From Pseudomonadota bacterium (GTDB taxonomy: Bacteria; Pseudomonadota; Gammaproteobacteria; Steroidobacterales; JBCCMA01): 57,204 nt of DNA. The notes under the pieces were generated by a model. It had not been told where the DNA came from, ran no database searches, and saw only the letters and a list, made by a program, of their open reading frames with translations. Every line of letters starts with the position of its first letter. The stretch's first letter is position 1. The stretch is taken from contig JBCCMA010000004.1 in assembly GCA_039026595.1 (NCBI GenBank), positions 1 through 57,204 of the forward strand, read 5' to 3'. Position numbers and translations under genes: made by a program. Positions 11,056-20,030 of the stretch are shown piece after piece.

Positions 11056-11097
11056 GCGCGTGCGTACGACAGGCGCGCGCTCAGCGTCGCGGTTGGA

Positions 11098-13257
11098 TCA
11101 ATCGCACACCCGGGTGACACGCATGACATCGCTGTGCGCGTCGAGCTTGCGCATCACATCATGTAGATGCTCGGTATCACGCACTTTCACCGTGAAATTG
11201 ATCAGCGATGCGTCCTCTTCCTCGTGTACGGACGCCTCGTCGATGTTGGACCGGCAATCGGAGATTGTTCCGGCTAGTGTGGCGAGCACACCGACCCGAT
11301 TAATCGAGTCCACGCGCAGTTCGACCGGGAATTCGCGGTCAATGCCCGGCTCCCAGGCCACGGATACCCATTTCTCGGGCTGCTTTCGGAACTCGGCAAG
11401 GTTCCCGCATTCGTTTCGGTGCACAACCACACCCCGACCAGCACTCAGATAACCCATCACCGGGTCGCCGGGAATCGGCGAGCAGCATTGTGAAAAGCTG
11501 ACGACCATTCCCTCTGTGCCGGCAATCAGGATGGGCGCCGACTCGGAGCCCGAGATGGCAATATCGTCGCTATCGATCACCAGCCGCCGCGCGATAATCG
11601 GCGCGAGCTGGCGACCTAATCCGATATCCTGAAAGAGCGCATCGGCGCTGGCATGCCCGAGCGATTCCGACACATCCGCCAGACGCGCTTGGTCGGTCTG
11701 GTCGATCGTCATGCCAAGATCGCGCAGCGCTACATCGAGCAAGCGGCGCCCCAGCCGTACCGCTTCGCTGGTGCGCATATTCTTCATGTAGGCCTTGATC
11801 GCGCTGCGGGCTTTGGCCGTGACGACAAAGTTAAGCCAGACCGGATTGGGCTGCGCCCCGCTTCGTGTGTTGATCTTGACCGTCTGGCCGTTGCGAAGCG
11901 CAGTACGCAGCGGCACTCGACGACGGTCGACCGTGCCCTCAACACAACGATTACCCACATCCGTATGCACCGCGTAGGCAAAATCGATAACGGTCGCGCC
12001 GCGCGGCAAGCGCATGATGTCACCGCGCGGTGTAAAGACGTAGACCTTGTCCGGGTAGAGATCCAGGCGGACGCTCTCGAGAAATTCCTCGGACGTGGTG
12101 TCCGCTTGCAGTTCCACGAGCGAATTCAGCCATTCCCTCGCCCGCGTGTGCGGGGTCACCGTGCTTGAGTCACCCAGCTTGTACAACCAGTGGGCCGCGA
12201 TGCCGGTCTCGGCCACCTTGTCCATGTCCGTGGTCCTGAGCTGGACCTCGATCGGCACGCCACCTGGCCCGACAAGAGTGGTGTGCAAAGACTGGTATCC
12301 GTTCACACGAGGGATCGCGATGTAGTCTTTGAAACGGCCGGGCATCGGCTTGTAGATCTGGTGAACGATACCCAGCGCGCGGTAACACTCGTCTACGCGA
12401 TTGACGACGATCCGAAAGCCGAATACGTCAACGATCTCGCTGAGGGATCGATGCTTTGTGCGCATCTTCTGGTAGATGCTGGCAGTGTGTTTTTCCCGAC
12501 CGAACACTTCGCCTTCAATCTTTGCGGACGCAAGCGCTTTGCGCAGCTTCGACATGATCTTGCGCAGACTTTGGCGCTGCTCGCCGTGGGTCGCCTTGAT
12601 CGATTTCCGGATGACATCGTACCGCGTCGGGTAGAGCGCTTTCAGACACAAGTCCTCCAGCTCATGGCGTATCTGCGCCAGCCCCAACCGGTTGGCGATG
12701 GGCGCGTAGATGTCCATCGTCTCGCGTGCGATACGCCGACGTTTCTCAGGCACCATGGCGCCGAGTGTGCGCATGTTGTGCAGGCGGTCAGCCAGCTTCA
12801 GCAAAATGACGCGGATGTCCTGCGCCATTGCCAGCATCATCTTGCGCAGGCTTTCGGCCTTGGCCTCCGCTTTGCTCTTGAACCTGATCCGATCAAGTTT
12901 GCTGACCCCGTCAACCAGTTCGGCAATTTCATTCCCGAACTGAGCGGCCAGTTCCGCCTTGCTGATACCCGTATCCTCGATCACATCGTGGAGGATCGCC
13001 GCCACGATGCTCTCGTAATCAAGGTGCAGCTCAGCAAGGATGCTGGCCACGGCGATGGGATGGGAGATGTAACGCTCGCCAGACTGGCGGGTCTGCCCGA
13101 GGTGCGCCCGCGCTCCGAACTCATAAGCGCGGCGAACCACGTCGAGTTGCTCCGGGGGAAGATAATGTTTGAGCTTGGACAAAAGCCCGCGCAGCCCGTC
13201 AAGCGACCAGGCTTGGCCAAGGGGCAACCGCCCAATCAGAGAGGTGGCGGTATCCAT
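11098..13257 (-). CDS. spoT: Bifunctional (p)ppGpp synthase/hydrolase
   Basis: HD domain LHDVIED, KLADRLHNMRT, GYQSLHTT, TGS and ACT domains; downstream of rpoZ. Confidence 0.97.
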   Translation of the reverse strand: MDTATSLIGRLPLGQAWSLDGLRGLLSKLKHYLPPEQLDVVRRAYEFGARAHLGQTRQSGERYISHPIAVASILAELHLDYESIVAAILHDVIEDTGISKAELAAQFGNEIAELVDGVSKLDRIRFKSKAEAKAESLRKMMLAMAQDIRVILLKLADRLHNMRTLGAMVPEKRRRIARETMDIYAPIANRLGLAQIRHELEDLCLKALYPTRYDVIRKSIKATHGEQRQSLRKIMSKLRKALASAKIEGEVFGREKHTASIYQKMRTKHRSLSEIVDVFGFRIVVNRVDECYRALGIVHQIYKPMPGRFKDYIAIPRVNGYQSLHTTLVGPGGVPIEVQLRTTDMDKVAETGIAAHWLYKLGDSSTVTPHTRAREWLNSLVELQADTTSEEFLESVRLDLYPDKVYVFTPRGDIMRLPRGATVIDFAYAVHTDVGNRCVEGTVDRRRVPLRTALRNGQTVKINTRSGAQPNPVWLNFVVTAKARSAIKAYMKNMRTSEAVRLGRRLLDVALRDLGMTIDQTDQARLADVSESLGHASADALFQDIGLGRQLAPIIARRLVIDSDDIAISGSESAPILIAGTEGMVVSFSQCCSPIPGDPVMGYLSAGRGVVVHRNECGNLAEFRKQPEKWVSVAWEPGIDREFPVELRVDSINRVGVLATLAGTISDCRSNIDEASVHEEEDASLINFTVKVRDTEHLHDVMRKLDAHSDVMRVTRVCD

Positions 13258-13365
13258 ACCGGCGAACTCTGCAGGGCCGCGCTAACGCGCCCCGACGTAC
13301 AGGCTGCTGAACTCATCACACATTCAGGTTATACGCGCTGTTGAGGTGCAGTGCCAGTGGCGGAA

Positions 13366-13665
13366 TCAGTCGTGGGAAAGTCCCGGTGGCGGGGTCATCA
13401 CATCGCCGCCGAGCTCACGCGCCGCGGCTTCCGCTTCGCGCTGCCGCTGCTCTTCGGGCGTCTCATCGTGCTCATCAAGAATTTCTTTCCCAACGAGCCC
13501 TTCGGCCACTTCACGCAATGCCACGACGGTGGGCTTGTCGTTTTCCCAAGGCACCATGGCCTCGGCGCCGTTGGCCAGACGCCGCGCACGCTTCGCCGAC
13601 ACCAGGACAAGTTCAAACAGGTTGTCGATGTTGCCAAGGCAGTCTTCCACCGTAATGCGAGCCAT
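13366..13665 (-). CDS. rpoZ: RNA polymerase omega subunit
   Basis: [10 protein letters not shown]...[12 protein letters not shown]...[11 protein letters not shown]. Confidence 0.97.
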   Translation of the reverse strand: MARITVEDCLGNIDNLFELVLVSAKRARRLANGAEAMVPWENDKPTVVALREVAEGLVGKEILDEHDETPEEQRQREAEAAARELGGDVMTPPPGLSHD

Positions 13666-13760
13666 GCGATCTCCGAGATAAGGCAGCGAACGAGCCGCGT
13701 AGTGTAATGGCTGACGTTGGCCGTGTGCAGATATTTTTTATATCCAATAAATACAGAAAG

Positions 13761-14387
13761 TTAGCTGTTGAGAATCGCGGCAACCGTAGAGCGAATCTGC
13801 ACACGTGAGCTCCGATAGGCCTCGCTTTGACCCGAAACCACGCTCTCCAGCGCGCGGACGGCCTCTTCGAAGCGGTCGTTCACGATGACGAAATCAAACT
13901 CGCTCCAATGCCCCATGTCGTCCAGCGATTCGCCCAGGCGGTGTGCGATCACATCGTCTGAATCGGTTTTCCGTTGCCGCAAACGACGCTCGAGCTCGGC
14001 GCGCGACGGGGGCAGGATGAACACGCTCTGACAATCGGGCAGTGCCGAGCGGACCTGTCGGGCACCCTGCCAGTCGATTTCGAGGATGACGTTAAAGCCC
14101 GCCCCAATCAGGGCATCGACCTGCTGTCGGCCCGTGCCGTAATAATTGCCGAAGACTTCGGCGTGCTCGAGCATTTCATTGTTGCTCACGAGCCGCTCAA
14201 ACTCTGGCTTGTCCACGAAAAAATAGTCCTGGCCATCCACTTCGCTCTTGCGCGGCGTACGGGTGGTGTGCGACACACACATGCGGACCCCTGAATTGCG
14301 CGCGAGGAGTTTCTTGACGAGGCTCGTTTTGCCAGCGCCGGACGGAGCCGACACGACAAAAAGACGACCGGACGAGGCGTCATTCAC
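13761..14387 (-). CDS. gmk: Guanylate kinase
   Basis: SAPSGAGKTSL, SHTTR..R..E.DG.DY, LEIDWQGA; start taken at GTG 14387 (frame open to 14447). Confidence 0.95.
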   Translation of the reverse strand: MNDASSGRLFVVSAPSGAGKTSLVKKLLARNSGVRMCVSHTTRTPRKSEVDGQDYFFVDKPEFERLVSNNEMLEHAEVFGNYYGTGRQQVDALIGAGFNVILEIDWQGARQVRSALPDCQSVFILPPSRAELERRLRQRKTDSDDVIAHRLGESLDDMGHWSEFDFVIVNDRFEEAVRALESVVSGQSEAYRSSRVQIRSTVAAILNS

Positions 14388-14443
14388 CGGAGCGCTCCAA
14401 CAGGTGAGCAAGTCGCGCCAGGCCGGCACGGGGTGCGGGACAG

Positions 14444-15313
14444 TCATTCCACATTCTGTATCTGTTCGCGCATCTGTTCGATCAGGACCTTCAGCTCAAC
14501 AGAGGCGCGCGTGGACTCGGCGTCGTGGGACTTTGACGCCAGCGTGTTGGCCTCGCGATTGAATTCCTGCATCAGAAAGTCGAGCCGTCGACCCACGGGG
14601 TCTGGCTCGCCCAGCGCCCGACGTCCTTCTTCAATGTGGCTGTCGAGACGATCGAGCTCCTCCGCCACGTCCGCTTTCTGCGCGAGCAGCGCCACTTCCT
14701 GCTCGATCCGGCCGTCGTCCACCGGTATTTCCATGGTCGCGACGCGCTCGCGCATCCTGGCAAGCAGTGCAGCGCCGATCTGGGCGGTGCGGGACCTCAG
14801 TGTTGCGACCTCACGCGCCACACCGTCAAGCCGCTCAGACACCATCTGCGAAAGACGCTCGCCCTCGCGTTCGCGATGCTCGACCAGATCACTCAGCGCC
14901 GTATCGAACAAGGAAAGGGCGGCGGCCTGCAGCGGCCTGTCATCGGGCGCGACTTCCGTCACCACGCCCGGCCATCGCAGCACATCAGCTGCGGTCAGGT
15001 CAGTCAGCGTCGCGGGCCACGCCGCCTGGGCCTTGGCCGACGCCGCGTGGAGTGTGGCGACAAGATCCGTGTCGACGTCGAATCCGGCGGACACGGACGG
15101 TGCACGCTGACACTTCACATTGATGTCGACCTTGCCCCTCGACAGTGCCGCGCTCACGCGTTCGCGTAGCTCGGGCTCGAGCACCCTCAGCTCCTCCGGC
15201 AGTCGCAGGCTCGTTTCAAGATAGCGGTGGTTGACCGTGCGCACCTCAACGGCGAGCGCACCGAGCTCGTGGCTCATCTGCGCACGCGCAAAGCCGGTCA
15301 TACTTTTGATCAT
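14444..15313 (-). CDS. yicC: YicC/YloC family endoribonuclease
   Basis: MIKSMTGFAR, VNHRYLE, GRRLDFLMQEFNREANTLASK, EQMREQIQNVE. Confidence 0.95.
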   Translation of the reverse strand: MIKSMTGFARAQMSHELGALAVEVRTVNHRYLETSLRLPEELRVLEPELRERVSAALSRGKVDINVKCQRAPSVSAGFDVDTDLVATLHAASAKAQAAWPATLTDLTAADVLRWPGVVTEVAPDDRPLQAAALSLFDTALSDLVEHREREGERLSQMVSERLDGVAREVATLRSRTAQIGAALLARMRERVATMEIPVDDGRIEQEVALLAQKADVAEELDRLDSHIEEGRRALGEPDPVGRRLDFLMQEFNREANTLASKSHDAESTRASVELKVLIEQMREQIQNVE

Positions 15314-15470
15314 GGGGCTCGCTCCGCGAACAAAAAACGCCGGCGTCGTACGGTCGCCCGACATCAGGTGTGGCACACTCCGGGTGTAACGAGCCTGCAT
15401 GGTAAAGAGTTTTGACGGGAGTGCCAGTGACCCGCGCACAGCCGCACCGCGGCGCCCCGAGCGCTTAAGG

Positions 15471-16241
15471 ATGAGAGCCACAACCGCCGCCGCCAGCCTG
15501 ATTGGCAATCGCGACGAGAATCAGGATCGATACTCGGTCGTGAACCACGAAGATATTTCGTTCGTCGCCGTCGTCGACGGCATGGGCGGGCACGACGCGG
15601 GCGCGCGCGCCGCGGAGGTAGCCGTCGAGACGTTCCGCAATCGGCTGGCGTCGGCCACGCGGGCTGCGCACGATCCGCGTGATGCCATCAAAGGCCTTAT
15701 TCGAGCAGCCCACAGCGCCGTGGTGGCGATTGGCAAGAACGGGCCGCCCGAAAGCAGTCCGCGCGCCACCTGTGCGGTCGCGATCATACAAAACGGGAAA
15801 GCCTGCTTTGGCCACGTCGGCGACAGCCGCGCCTACCTGCTTCGCAGCGGCGAGGTTGTCACGCGCACGCGCGACCACAGCCACATCGAGATCCTGCTAC
15901 GTGAGCAACTGATCACCGAGGAGGAGTACCGGACGCACCCACTGCGACACTACGTTGAGCATTCACTCGGCGGCGACCCGGGCGATGCGTCGGTGACGGT
16001 CTCCCCGCTTCACACGCTGGAACCAGGCGATCAGATCCTGGTTTGTAGCGATGGCGTTTGGAACGCCTTTGAAGACACGGAAATCGCGTCCTTCCTGAAT
16101 CGACCGGAAGCCCGACTTAGCCCGGACCCGGCACTGCGCGATCTTATTAAAAAGAGCGTCGCCAAATGCGCGCCGTCAGCAGATAATACGACGGCGGCGC
16201 TCATCCAGTGGCAAGGCCTCGATGGGACCGACCGCAGCTGA
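15471..16241 (+). CDS. PP2C/PPM-family Ser/Thr phosphatase
   Basis: R..NQD, VVDGMGGH, HVGDSRAY, T.DHS, CSDG, DNTT motifs. Confidence 0.92.
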   Translation: MRATTAAASLIGNRDENQDRYSVVNHEDISFVAVVDGMGGHDAGARAAEVAVETFRNRLASATRAAHDPRDAIKGLIRAAHSAVVAIGKNGPPESSPRATCAVAIIQNGKACFGHVGDSRAYLLRSGEVVTRTRDHSHIEILLREQLITEEEYRTHPLRHYVEHSLGGDPGDASVTVSPLHTLEPGDQILVCSDGVWNAFEDTEIASFLNRPEARLSPDPALRDLIKKSVAKCAPSADNTTAALIQWQGLDGTDRS

Positions 16242-16273
16242 CCACCCATAAACTCATTTAGTCGAGTGTTGCC

Positions 16274-16999
16274 ATGCGACCCAGCGGCCGCCAGCCTGAT
16301 CAACTGCGCGAAGTGTCTTTCACGCGCCATTTCACCAAGCACGCCGAGGGATCGGTTCTCGCCTGTTTCGGGGATACCCGTGTCCTGTGTACCGCCAGCA
16401 TCGAGGAGCGCGTGCCCGGGTTTTTGCGCGGCAGGAACTCCGGCTGGATTACCGGTGAATACGGGATGTTGCCGCGGGCCACACACACCCGCGGGAATAG
16501 AGAAGCTGCGCGCGGTGGTCAATCCGGGCGAACACAGGAAATTCAACGGCTGATTGGCCGTTCGCTGCGCTCCGTGGCGGATCTCGAGGCACTGGGCCAA
16601 AGAACAGTCACACTGGATTGCGATGTCCTGCAAGCCGACGGCGGCACGCGCACAGCGGCGATCAGCGGCGCCTACGTGGCCCTGGTCGACGCCATCGAGT
16701 CACTTCGCCGCGAAGGCTGGGTCGAAAAGCCGGTCCTTCTGGGACAGGTTATCGCGGTCTCGGTCGGTATTTTCGACGGCAAGCCGGTGCTCGACCTTGA
16801 TTACGCGGAAGACTCCCAGGCCGAAACCGACATGAATGTGGTCATGAACGAGTCGGGCCAATACATCGAGATTCAAGGCACAGCCGAGGGCCACGCGTTC
16901 ACCCGTCCGGAACTCGACCAGCTGCTGGCACTGGCCGCGCTGGGCTGCGATCAGATTGGCGCCGCTCAGCGCGCCGCGCTCGAGAAGCAGGACGGTTGA
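16274..16999 (+). CDS. rph: Ribonuclease PH
   Basis: [35 protein letters not shown]. Confidence 0.97.
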   Translation: MRPSGRQPDQLREVSFTRHFTKHAEGSVLACFGDTRVLCTASIEERVPGFLRGRNSGWITGEYGMLPRATHTRGNREAARGGQSGRTQEIQRLIGRSLRSVADLEALGQRTVTLDCDVLQADGGTRTAAISGAYVALVDAIESLRREGWVEKPVLLGQVIAVSVGIFDGKPVLDLDYAEDSQAETDMNVVMNESGQYIEIQGTAEGHAFTRPELDQLLALAALGCDQIGAAQRAALEKQDG

Positions 17000-17631
17000 G
17001 CGTGACAACGCCCACGCCCCCCGAGGTGGAACTGATCGTCGCGACGGGCAATCCCGGCAAACAGCGCGAGATCGGCCAGACCTTGCGCAGCCCGGGCATC
17101 GTTCTGACCACCCACCCCGACCTGAATATGGCGAGCGTCGAAGAGACCGGCGCCACGTTTGTCGAGAACGCGCTTCTCAAGGCGCGCTACGCCTCACAGA
17201 TCGCCAAACGCCCCGCGCTGGCAGACGACTCGGGCCTCGAAGTCGACGCTCTGGGCGGCGCGCCCGGCATTTATTCCGCACGCTATGCTGGGACCTCTGC
17301 CAGCGATGAAGCCAATGTGGACAAGCTTCTCAGCGCGTTGGCCAACGTCGCAGACGAGCGCCGAACGGCCCGGTTTCGCTGCGTGATCGTGGTGTTGCGC
17401 CACGCGCTGGACCCGGCGCCGATGATTTGTGAAGGCTGCTGGGAGGGTCGCATTGCATTTGAACGGCGTGGCACCGGCGGTTTTGGCTATGACCCCGTTT
17501 TTATCCCTGACGGTATGGCGCGCCATGCCTCCGAACTCTCGCCGGATGAGAAAAATGCGGTGAGCCACCGGGGTCAGGCGCTGGCCACACTGGCCAACGG
17601 GATTGGACCGTTCCTTGCGCGCCATCGCTGA
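16996..17631 (+). CDS. rdgB: dITP/XTP pyrophosphatase
   Basis: [29 protein letters not shown]. Confidence 0.96.
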   Translation: MSVTTPTPPEVELIVATGNPGKQREIGQTLRSPGIVLTTHPDLNMASVEETGATFVENALLKARYASQIAKRPALADDSGLEVDALGGAPGIYSARYAGTSASDEANVDKLLSALANVADERRTARFRCVIVVLRHALDPAPMICEGCWEGRIAFERRGTGGFGYDPVFIPDGMARHASELSPDEKNAVSHRGQALATLANGIGPFLARHR

Positions 17632-18823
17632 TCGCCCCCTTGGGCTCTACCTCCATTTGCCGTGGTGCGTAAGCCGGTGTCCGTATTGCGATTTCAATAG
17701 CCACGAGTTTCCGGGCGAACTGCCCGAGGTCCCCTATACCACCGCTCTTTTGAACGACCTCGAACGCGAGTCGCGCATTGCCCGGCACGAGGGCTGGATT
17801 CGGCCCTTCACCAGCGCGTTCATCGGCGGCGGCACGCCCAGCTTGTTTTCTTCAGGATCGATCGGACAGATGCTCGACCAGGCCGCGCGGCTATTCGGTT
17901 TTACTGCCGACGCGGAAATCACGCTGGAGGCTAACCCGGGCTCGGTGGAGCGACATTCCTTTACGGGCCTGCGAGATACCGGGGTCAACCGAGTGTCGCT
18001 CGGGGCGCAGAGCTTTAACGATGCATCCTTGCGCGCGCTGGGCCGGGTCCACCGGGCGGAAGAAACAACAGACGCCGTTGAGGAAATTCGCCGAAGCGGC
18101 ATCGACAATCTCAACATTGACATTATGTTTGCGCTGCCCGGGCAGTCCGTCGCGGACGCACAGCGTGACGTCGAGGCCGCCCTCGCACTCGGCCCGCAAC
18201 ATCTCTCTTATTATCAGCTCACGCTGGAACCCAATACGGCGTTCTACCGGCATCCACCGGCCCTGCCGGATGAGGAACTGGCTTGGGAGATGCAGCACAA
18301 CGGAATCGAACGCCTCGCCAAGGCCGGGTTTGGTCAATATGAGGTGGCGGCACACGCGCCGCCGGGGTCCGAAGCCCGCCACAATCTGAACTACTGGACC
18401 TTTGGCGATTACGTCGGTCTCGGCGCCGGTGCCCACGGCAAAATCACCCTGTCTGGCGGGCAAGTGGTCCGCACGTCGCGGCCGCGGTCACCACAGGCTT
18501 ACATGAGGTCACGAGGGACCGATCAGCCCTGTGACCGGAGCGTGCAGGCTCTGACCGCACGCGATCTGGTCTTCGAGTACGCGCTCAACCATCTGCGACT
18601 TCGCCACCAGTACCTCAAGCCGGGTCACTTCGAGACCGCAACCGGACTTGACCGCTCGGCGCTCGCCGGGCCCATCGCGCGAGCATGCGACCGCGGGTTA
18701 CTGGCTCACCACGGCGAGTCGGGCTACCAGACCACAACCCTCGGATGGCGCTTTCTCAATGATCTGCAGGCCATTTTTCTGCCCGATGCACAGGATCGTG
18801 ACCAGCCGCAGCGGGCCGTCTGA
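17603..18823 (+). CDS. hemW: Radical SAM heme chaperone HemW
   Basis: YLHLPWCVSRCPYCDFNS, GGGTPS, HNLNYW motif. Confidence 0.93.
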   Translation: MDRSLRAIADRPLGLYLHLPWCVSRCPYCDFNSHEFPGELPEVPYTTALLNDLERESRIARHEGWIRPFTSAFIGGGTPSLFSSGSIGQMLDQAARLFGFTADAEITLEANPGSVERHSFTGLRDTGVNRVSLGAQSFNDASLRALGRVHRAEETTDAVEEIRRSGIDNLNIDIMFALPGQSVADAQRDVEAALALGPQHLSYYQLTLEPNTAFYRHPPALPDEELAWEMQHNGIERLAKAGFGQYEVAAHAPPGSEARHNLNYWTFGDYVGLGAGAHGKITLSGGQVVRTSRPRSPQAYMRSRGTDQPCDRSVQALTARDLVFEYALNHLRLRHQYLKPGHFETATGLDRSALAGPIARACDRGLLAHHGESGYQTTTLGWRFLNDLQAIFLPDAQDRDQPQRAV

Positions 18824-18843
18824 CGGCAGTCCGTGCTTTGCGG

Positions 18844-19058
18844 TTATGCACAAACCACCGAAGTTGGTCAGTAAAAGTGAAAGTAACAGAATGTTCCTTG
18901 TGTGACGTGATATAAGAACGATATAAATTACTGAATTATATATATTTATATGAAATTGTTGTTATTTTCGCCAATTTAACCAAAGTGCTTATTAACAACG
19001 GGGCGCGAGCGCTCTGTACACGGTCTTCCACAACGTTATCCACAGATTCTGGGGATAA
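18844..19058. promoter_or_regulatory. DnaA-box cluster with AT-rich tract (DARS-like element or oriC candidate)
   Basis: TTATGCACA 18844-18852; TCTTCCACA 19024-19032, TTATCCACA 19036-19044, inverted TGGGGATAA 19050-19058; only 8 G/C in the 58 bp 18911-18968. Confidence 0.75.
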
Positions 19059-19094
19059 CCCCACAGCGTTGTTGTGGCCGCTCGAGTGATTCGC

Positions 19095-19107
19095 TATATT
19101 GCGCGCC
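19095..19107 (+). promoter_or_regulatory. Putative rpmE -10 element with GC-rich discriminator
   Basis: TATATT followed by GCGCGCC, as in stringently controlled r-protein promoters. Confidence 0.45.
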
Positions 19108-19165
19108 CCTCCAGCCATCGGCGGAATCGTCCAGCAGGTGAAGCAGAGGGAGATGGAGAGTCCCG

Positions 19166-19369
19166 ATGAAAGCGCAAATCCACCCCGATTACGCCGAGAT
19201 TACGGTCACCTGCAGCTGCGGCGACACGTTCAAGACCAAGTCGACGATGGGCAAGGATCTTACGATCGAAGTCTGCTCGTCCTGCCACCCTTTCTACACA
19301 GGGAAGCAGAAAATCGTTGATAGCGGCGGTCGTGTAGACAAGTTCCGCAAGAAGTACGGCGGCAAATAG
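19166..19369 (+). CDS. rpmE: 50S ribosomal protein L31 (Zn-binding type A)
   Basis: [33 protein letters not shown]. Confidence 0.97.
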   Translation: MKAQIHPDYAEITVTCSCGDTFKTKSTMGKDLTIEVCSSCHPFYTGKQKIVDSGGRVDKFRKKYGGK

Positions 19370-19414
19370 AGCGTCACGGGCGCCCTGGCCTCAGGTCAGG
19401 GTCCCTGCCGACGT

Positions 19415-20026
19415 TCAGTCCAGCTCCTCTTCCAGCTCGCTCAGCGCTTTCGCTGTCAGACGTTTCATCGGTTTCCCTGTGACCGGACTGAGCGGCGCCT
19501 GACGCTGTGCGTCGATCGGGAAGACGGTGACGTCCACCTCCGTCCCATCCACGTCGAATCGATAGGCCGGGTAGATTTCCGTACGCTCAGCCGTATAGCG
19601 GACCCGCGATTCGGCCACGATCATGTCGGGCGCTGACTCCAGCAGCGCCATAGCGACCATCTCAGGCGGCTCGCTAAAGAAATGAAGCTCGACGGCCGTT
19701 GTGGCCCCGAGCGCCCCGCTGACCACCGCGCCGACCGCACGCGGCGAAAACTGCGGCAGGGTCTGCATCACCGCTATCGCACAGTCGCGCATCCGCGCCA
19801 GTCTCTGGCGATGTTCGTCGCCACCAAAAAGCCGCGCTGCAGTTTGCAGGGCCGCCTCAATCTCGCGGTTGTTCGGCAGCGCACCTTTATCCACGACGCC
19901 CAACGTCGTCGCGGCCTTGGTTTTCGCAAGGTAGTAATCGTTGATGCCGTGGTGGGCCATCAGGCGCGCAGCCTCAGCTGCAACCCGCAGGCGCAGCGCC
20001 CGCGTTGGGTGGGATCGTTTTGCCAT
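19415..20026 (-). CDS. Conserved hypothetical protein, nucleotidyltransferase-like fold
   Basis: AAEAARLM...DYYLAK.KAA...LP.N.EIE..L, F.PR.VG.V..G, VELHFF; starts 4 nt after the mrcA stop. Confidence 0.7.
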   Translation of the reverse strand: MAKRSHPTRALRLRVAAEAARLMAHHGINDYYLAKTKAATTLGVVDKGALPNNREIEAALQTAARLFGGDEHRQRLARMRDCAIAVMQTLPQFSPRAVGAVVSGALGATTAVELHFFSEPPEMVAMALLESAPDMIVAESRVRYTAERTEIYPAYRFDVDGTEVDVTVFPIDAQRQAPLSPVTGKPMKRLTAKALSELEEELD

Positions 20027-20030
20027 GGCG

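Noticed and set aside
18936-19118. 60-aa ORF across the DnaA-box region
   Set aside because: Atypical composition and coincides with regulatory DNA; likely spurious.
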